A DNA stretch of 64,000 bases. Source: an uncultured bacterium. Lineage in GTDB: Bacteria; Chloroflexota; UBA5177; JANWHV01. This document shows, one piece after another, positions 61,071 to 64,000 of this stretch; the first letter of the stretch is position 1; each line of letters begins with the position of its first letter. Under the pieces are notes generated by a model. The model was not told the origin of the DNA. It saw only the letters and a program-made list of their open reading frames with translations, and did no database searches. The position numbers were made by a program, and so were the translations under genes. The DNA is taken from the NCBI GenBank assembly GCA_963827235.1, contig CAWHAE010000009.1, forward strand, positions 96,001 to 160,000. The letters run 5' to 3'.

Positions 61071-61430
61071 CTATTCGTCCCACGCTTGCACACCAACCTG
61101 GCGTGCGATCCGGCCGTCGACCACTTCCAGCATCGCTACACAGCGCACTGCCGTACCGTCGGGATAGGCGCAAGCTTCGTCGTAGGCCAGACTGTCGCCG
61201 GCGGCGATCACGTGCTCGACACGGTGCCGCAACGCGCGTCCGCAGATGTCGGTCCAGTAGGCTGCGATTGCGCTCTTGCCGCGCAGGGTGAGTGGATGGC
61301 TGGGCTGATGGTTGCGGTCGATCACCTGCAGCTCGGCGTCGTCGGCATACAGGCTGACCAGGGTCTCCCCGTCGCTGCCCTCGAGGGCAGCACGTAGCGT
61401 GTCGGCAATACTCGTCGTGGTAGTGTTCAT
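61071..61430 (-). CDS. SnoaL/NTF2-like protein
   Basis: LYADDAEL..LRGKSAI..DGRIARQ. Confidence 0.85.
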   Translation of the reverse strand: MNTTTTSIADTLRAALEGSDGETLVSLYADDAELQVIDRNHQPSHPLTLRGKSAIAAYWTDICGRALRHRVEHVIAAGDSLAYDEACAYPDGTAVRCVAMLEVVDGRIARQVGVQAWDE

Positions 61431-61449
61431 CGATCGCTCCTCAGGCTGC

Positions 61450-62526
61450 TCAGGCTCTGGCTTCGAATATGCGGTTGAACGGCGTCTGTGTCACGCGCCG
61501 GAAGCGGCCGAAACCTGCCGCGGTCACCACGTCGCGCAACTGCGCCTCGGTGGCAATCGTGCCCAGCGCCGGCCCGCCATGGGCAAGCGCGTTCGGCGTA
61601 CAGCAGAGCGTGGAGGCGCCGGCGAACAGGCGGCCCACGGGATTCAGGTTCTCCTCGACCCTCTCTCCGGCCATCGGCTCGACGATAAGCGCTGTGCCCT
61701 CGGGTGCGAGCGACCTGTGCGCCTGCCGGCAGGCGCCGACGGGGTCGGCCATATCGTGCAGGCAGTCGAAGTACGCGAGCAGATCGAAGCCCGCGAGAGG
61801 GGCCGGAAAGCTGTGCGCGTCGGCCACCTCGAACACGACGCGATCGGCCACGCTCGCTTCCCGAGCAGCCCTGTTCGCCCGCTCGATGGACGGTGCGTGG
61901 CTGTCGAATCCATGGAATCTTGACCGCGGGAAGGCCTGGGCCATGATGATCGTCGAGGCGCCATGGCCGCACCCGATGTCTGCCACGGTCGCGCCACGCT
62001 CCAGCTTCTCCTGCGCCCCATCGAGCGCGGGAATCCAGCTGGTCACCAGGTTGCCGATATATCCGGGCCGGAAGAAGCGTTCCGTCCCCTCGAAGAGGCC
62101 CTGGTCATGCTCGCCCCAGCCCATGCCTGTTCCCGTGCGAAATGCCTCGCCGATCCTGGACTCCGCCTTGCACATCGCGTTGATCAGCTGGAAGCCGCCG
62201 CCTACAAAGAACGGGCTGCGGTCGTCGGCTAACGCAACTGCCTGCTCCGGCGGCAGGAAGTACCGGTCGGCTGCGGCATCGTAGGCTACGTAACCCCCGG
62301 CCGCCTGATTGATCAGCCATTCCCGCAGGTAGCGCTCGGCAGTACCTGTACGCGCCGCCAGCTCGGCGGCGGAGAGCGGCCCCGCATCGGCCATGGCCTT
62401 GTACAGCCCAAGCCTATCGCCTATGGTGGCCAGGGCCGTACTGAGTGCCGCTCCGAAATCATCCACGACCCGGCCGAGGAACGCCTGGAGCTTGGTCTCG
62501 TCAATTGCCGTAACTTGTGCTTGCAT
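61450..62526 (-). CDS. wHTH + class I SAM methyltransferase (Rv2258c-like)
   Basis: IGDRLGLY..ERYLREWL; ADIGCGHG; FDCLHD. Confidence 0.9.
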   Translation of the reverse strand: MQAQVTAIDETKLQAFLGRVVDDFGAALSTALATIGDRLGLYKAMADAGPLSAAELAARTGTAERYLREWLINQAAGGYVAYDAAADRYFLPPEQAVALADDRSPFFVGGGFQLINAMCKAESRIGEAFRTGTGMGWGEHDQGLFEGTERFFRPGYIGNLVTSWIPALDGAQEKLERGATVADIGCGHGASTIIMAQAFPRSRFHGFDSHAPSIERANRAAREASVADRVVFEVADAHSFPAPLAGFDLLAYFDCLHDMADPVGACRQAHRSLAPEGTALIVEPMAGERVEENLNPVGRLFAGASTLCCTPNALAHGGPALGTIATEAQLRDVVTAAGFGRFRRVTQTPFNRIFEARA

Positions 62527-62682
62527 CTCGTCTGCCTCCCAATCCTCTCCACCTGGGCGCCCGGGTGGATTGGCATTCGCGATCGCTTCCCCGATAGTAG
62601 GTCGGGCAAGGGCGTGCGTCATCGTGGGAAGTACGGAGTGCGAAGTGCGGCGGTACGGAGATCAGGCCTGCCGATCGCCCGC

Positions 62683-64000
62683 TTAGCTTAGGCCGTGCTG
62701 CACCGCCCACGCGGCGACCTGGGCACGGGTCGAGAAATTGAGCTTAGCCAACACGTTTGTGATATGCGTCTCGACGGTCCGCTCGCCGACGTACAGCGTC
62801 CGCGCGATCTCGCGGTTGGAGAGACCTTGACGGATCAACATCACTACCTCTCGTTCGCGCGGTGTGAGACTGCCGGCTGCCGTGGTGCTCTGGCGCCGGG
62901 ACCGCGCGGCGATAGCACGCGGAAGAGTCGCCAGGGCGCGCTGGAGAAAGGACGCGCCGGCCGCCTCATCGGGCATCCGGCCGGCCAGCGATTCGAGGAC
63001 CTGCTGCATGCTCGTGCCTGCCGCCTTCGCCTCCGCAGGCCTCCCGAGGCGTTGTAGAAGATCGGCGCGGCGTGCCTCACATCGCCAAAGCAGAGGCAGC
63101 GCACCCTGTGCGGTCGCGACCTGCCGGGCTGCTTCGAACGCTGCTTCGGCTTCGTGGTACTTTCCTTCCGCGGCCAGCGCTTCTCCGCGAAGCCGGGCCA
63201 GGCGCGGTGCGCGTGTCCGCGCCGGATCCAGGTTTGGCGTCGCGGCTTCCATCTGGTCCAGCAGCGCGACCGCGGAGCCTGCCTGCCCTCGCGCCAGCGC
63301 CAGCTCGATGCGGGCGCACCAGACCAGTCGCTCGCCCAATGTCTCGGCGGGCTTGGCGGCATCGCCGGTCGCCTCAAGGACCTCGCTCGCCTGCGCAGGT
63401 TGAGCGTCGAGCAGCAAGGCGCTGGCCAGCAGCCCGCTCGCGACTCGCATCCAGTGCGATGAGCCCGTCTCACGTGCCAGCGTGAGGGCCCTTTGGAGCT
63501 GCGTGGCTGCCTGTTCCGGCTCCAGCAGGTCCAAAGACAGGTAGCCTTGCACGCAGTAACCCGCAGCCATCCACTGCCGGTGCTCGATCTCGGCGGCGAT
63601 CAGGCAGCCTTGCGCGGTCGCACTCTGCGCGGCTGCGTACTGGCCTGCCGAGCCAAGGCAGAACCCGAGCATCAGCAACGCGTAGGCCTCACCGGAACGG
63701 TTCTTGATCTCGCGCGCCAGGGCCAGAGCGGCCTCTCCATCGCGGATGCACGCATCCAGATTGCCTTCGGGCAGGACCATGCTGTCCGTCTGGACGGTGG
63801 CGCCGCGCAGGGTCATGGTCGCAAGGCTGGAGATCAGCCCCGGTCGATCGTCAAGCTCGCGAAAAAGTTCCACGGCTCTCGAGTAGTACCGCGTCCCCTG
63901 GATCAGGTCGGCACCCAAATAAGAGGTCATGCCGAGAAAGTCCAACGTGGCGGCCAGCCCGGGCCGGTCGGCCAGGCTCTCGAAGATTGCCAGCGCCTGC
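62683..64000 (-). CDS. LuxR-family regulator with TPR region (5' end outside the window)
   Basis: LTPREREVV..GLSNREIA..TVETHITNVLAKL; TPR-like helices. Confidence 0.9.
   Translation of the reverse strand, partial: QALAIFESLADRPGLAATLDFLGMTSYLGADLIQGTRYYSRAVELFRELDDRPGLISSLATMTLRGATVQTDSMVLPEGNLDACIRDGEAALALAREIKNRSGEAYALLMLGFCLGSAGQYAAAQSATAQGCLIAAEIEHRQWMAAGYCVQGYLSLDLLEPEQAATQLQRALTLARETGSSHWMRVASGLLASALLLDAQPAQASEVLEATGDAAKPAETLGERLVWCARIELALARGQAGSAVALLDQMEAATPNLDPARTRAPRLARLRGEALAAEGKYHEAEAAFEAARQVATAQGALPLLWRCEARRADLLQRLGRPAEAKAAGTSMQQVLESLAGRMPDEAAGASFLQRALATLPRAIAARSRRQSTTAAGSLTPREREVVMLIRQGLSNREIARTLYVGERTVETHITNVLAKLNFSTRAQVAAWAVQHGLS

Overview
High-GC bacterial window, probably Chloroflexota or another monoderm (inferred from F420-dependent enzymes and a GAAC-N4-GTTC LexA-type box). 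Ordinary accessory genes (hydrolases, oxidoreductases, ABC/MFS transporters, a ClpE/ClpC-like ATPase) flank a defence/mobile-debris island at about 8.7-29 kb. The best candidate for an undescribed system is a translationally coupled four-gene operon at about 9180-15707: a small PemK/MazF-like protein, a sigma-factor-like protein, a ZAS-zinc-finger/PemK-like/HTH protein, and an IrrE-type metallopeptidase fused to a UvrD helicase and an Fe-S PD-(D/E)xK-like domain with a degenerate active site. It is followed by BREX remnants (5'-truncated DPPY methylase, BrxL) with a HicA-HicB-SecB toxin-antitoxin-chaperone module between them. Other highlights are a subtype-2 ykkC riboswitch with an overlapping terminator ahead of an NMT1/THI5-like ABC importer, a REP-like hairpin repeat family next to an apparently inactive IS200 TnpA, an ECF sigma operon with a Rieske protein in the anti-sigma position, and an operon with orphan Hcp-like tube proteins (one single, one tandem) and no other T6SS genes in the window. 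Several single-base homopolymer frameshifts suggest long-read assembly errors. No rRNA, tRNA or CRISPR array was seen. All family calls come from reading motifs by eye; no database searches were run.
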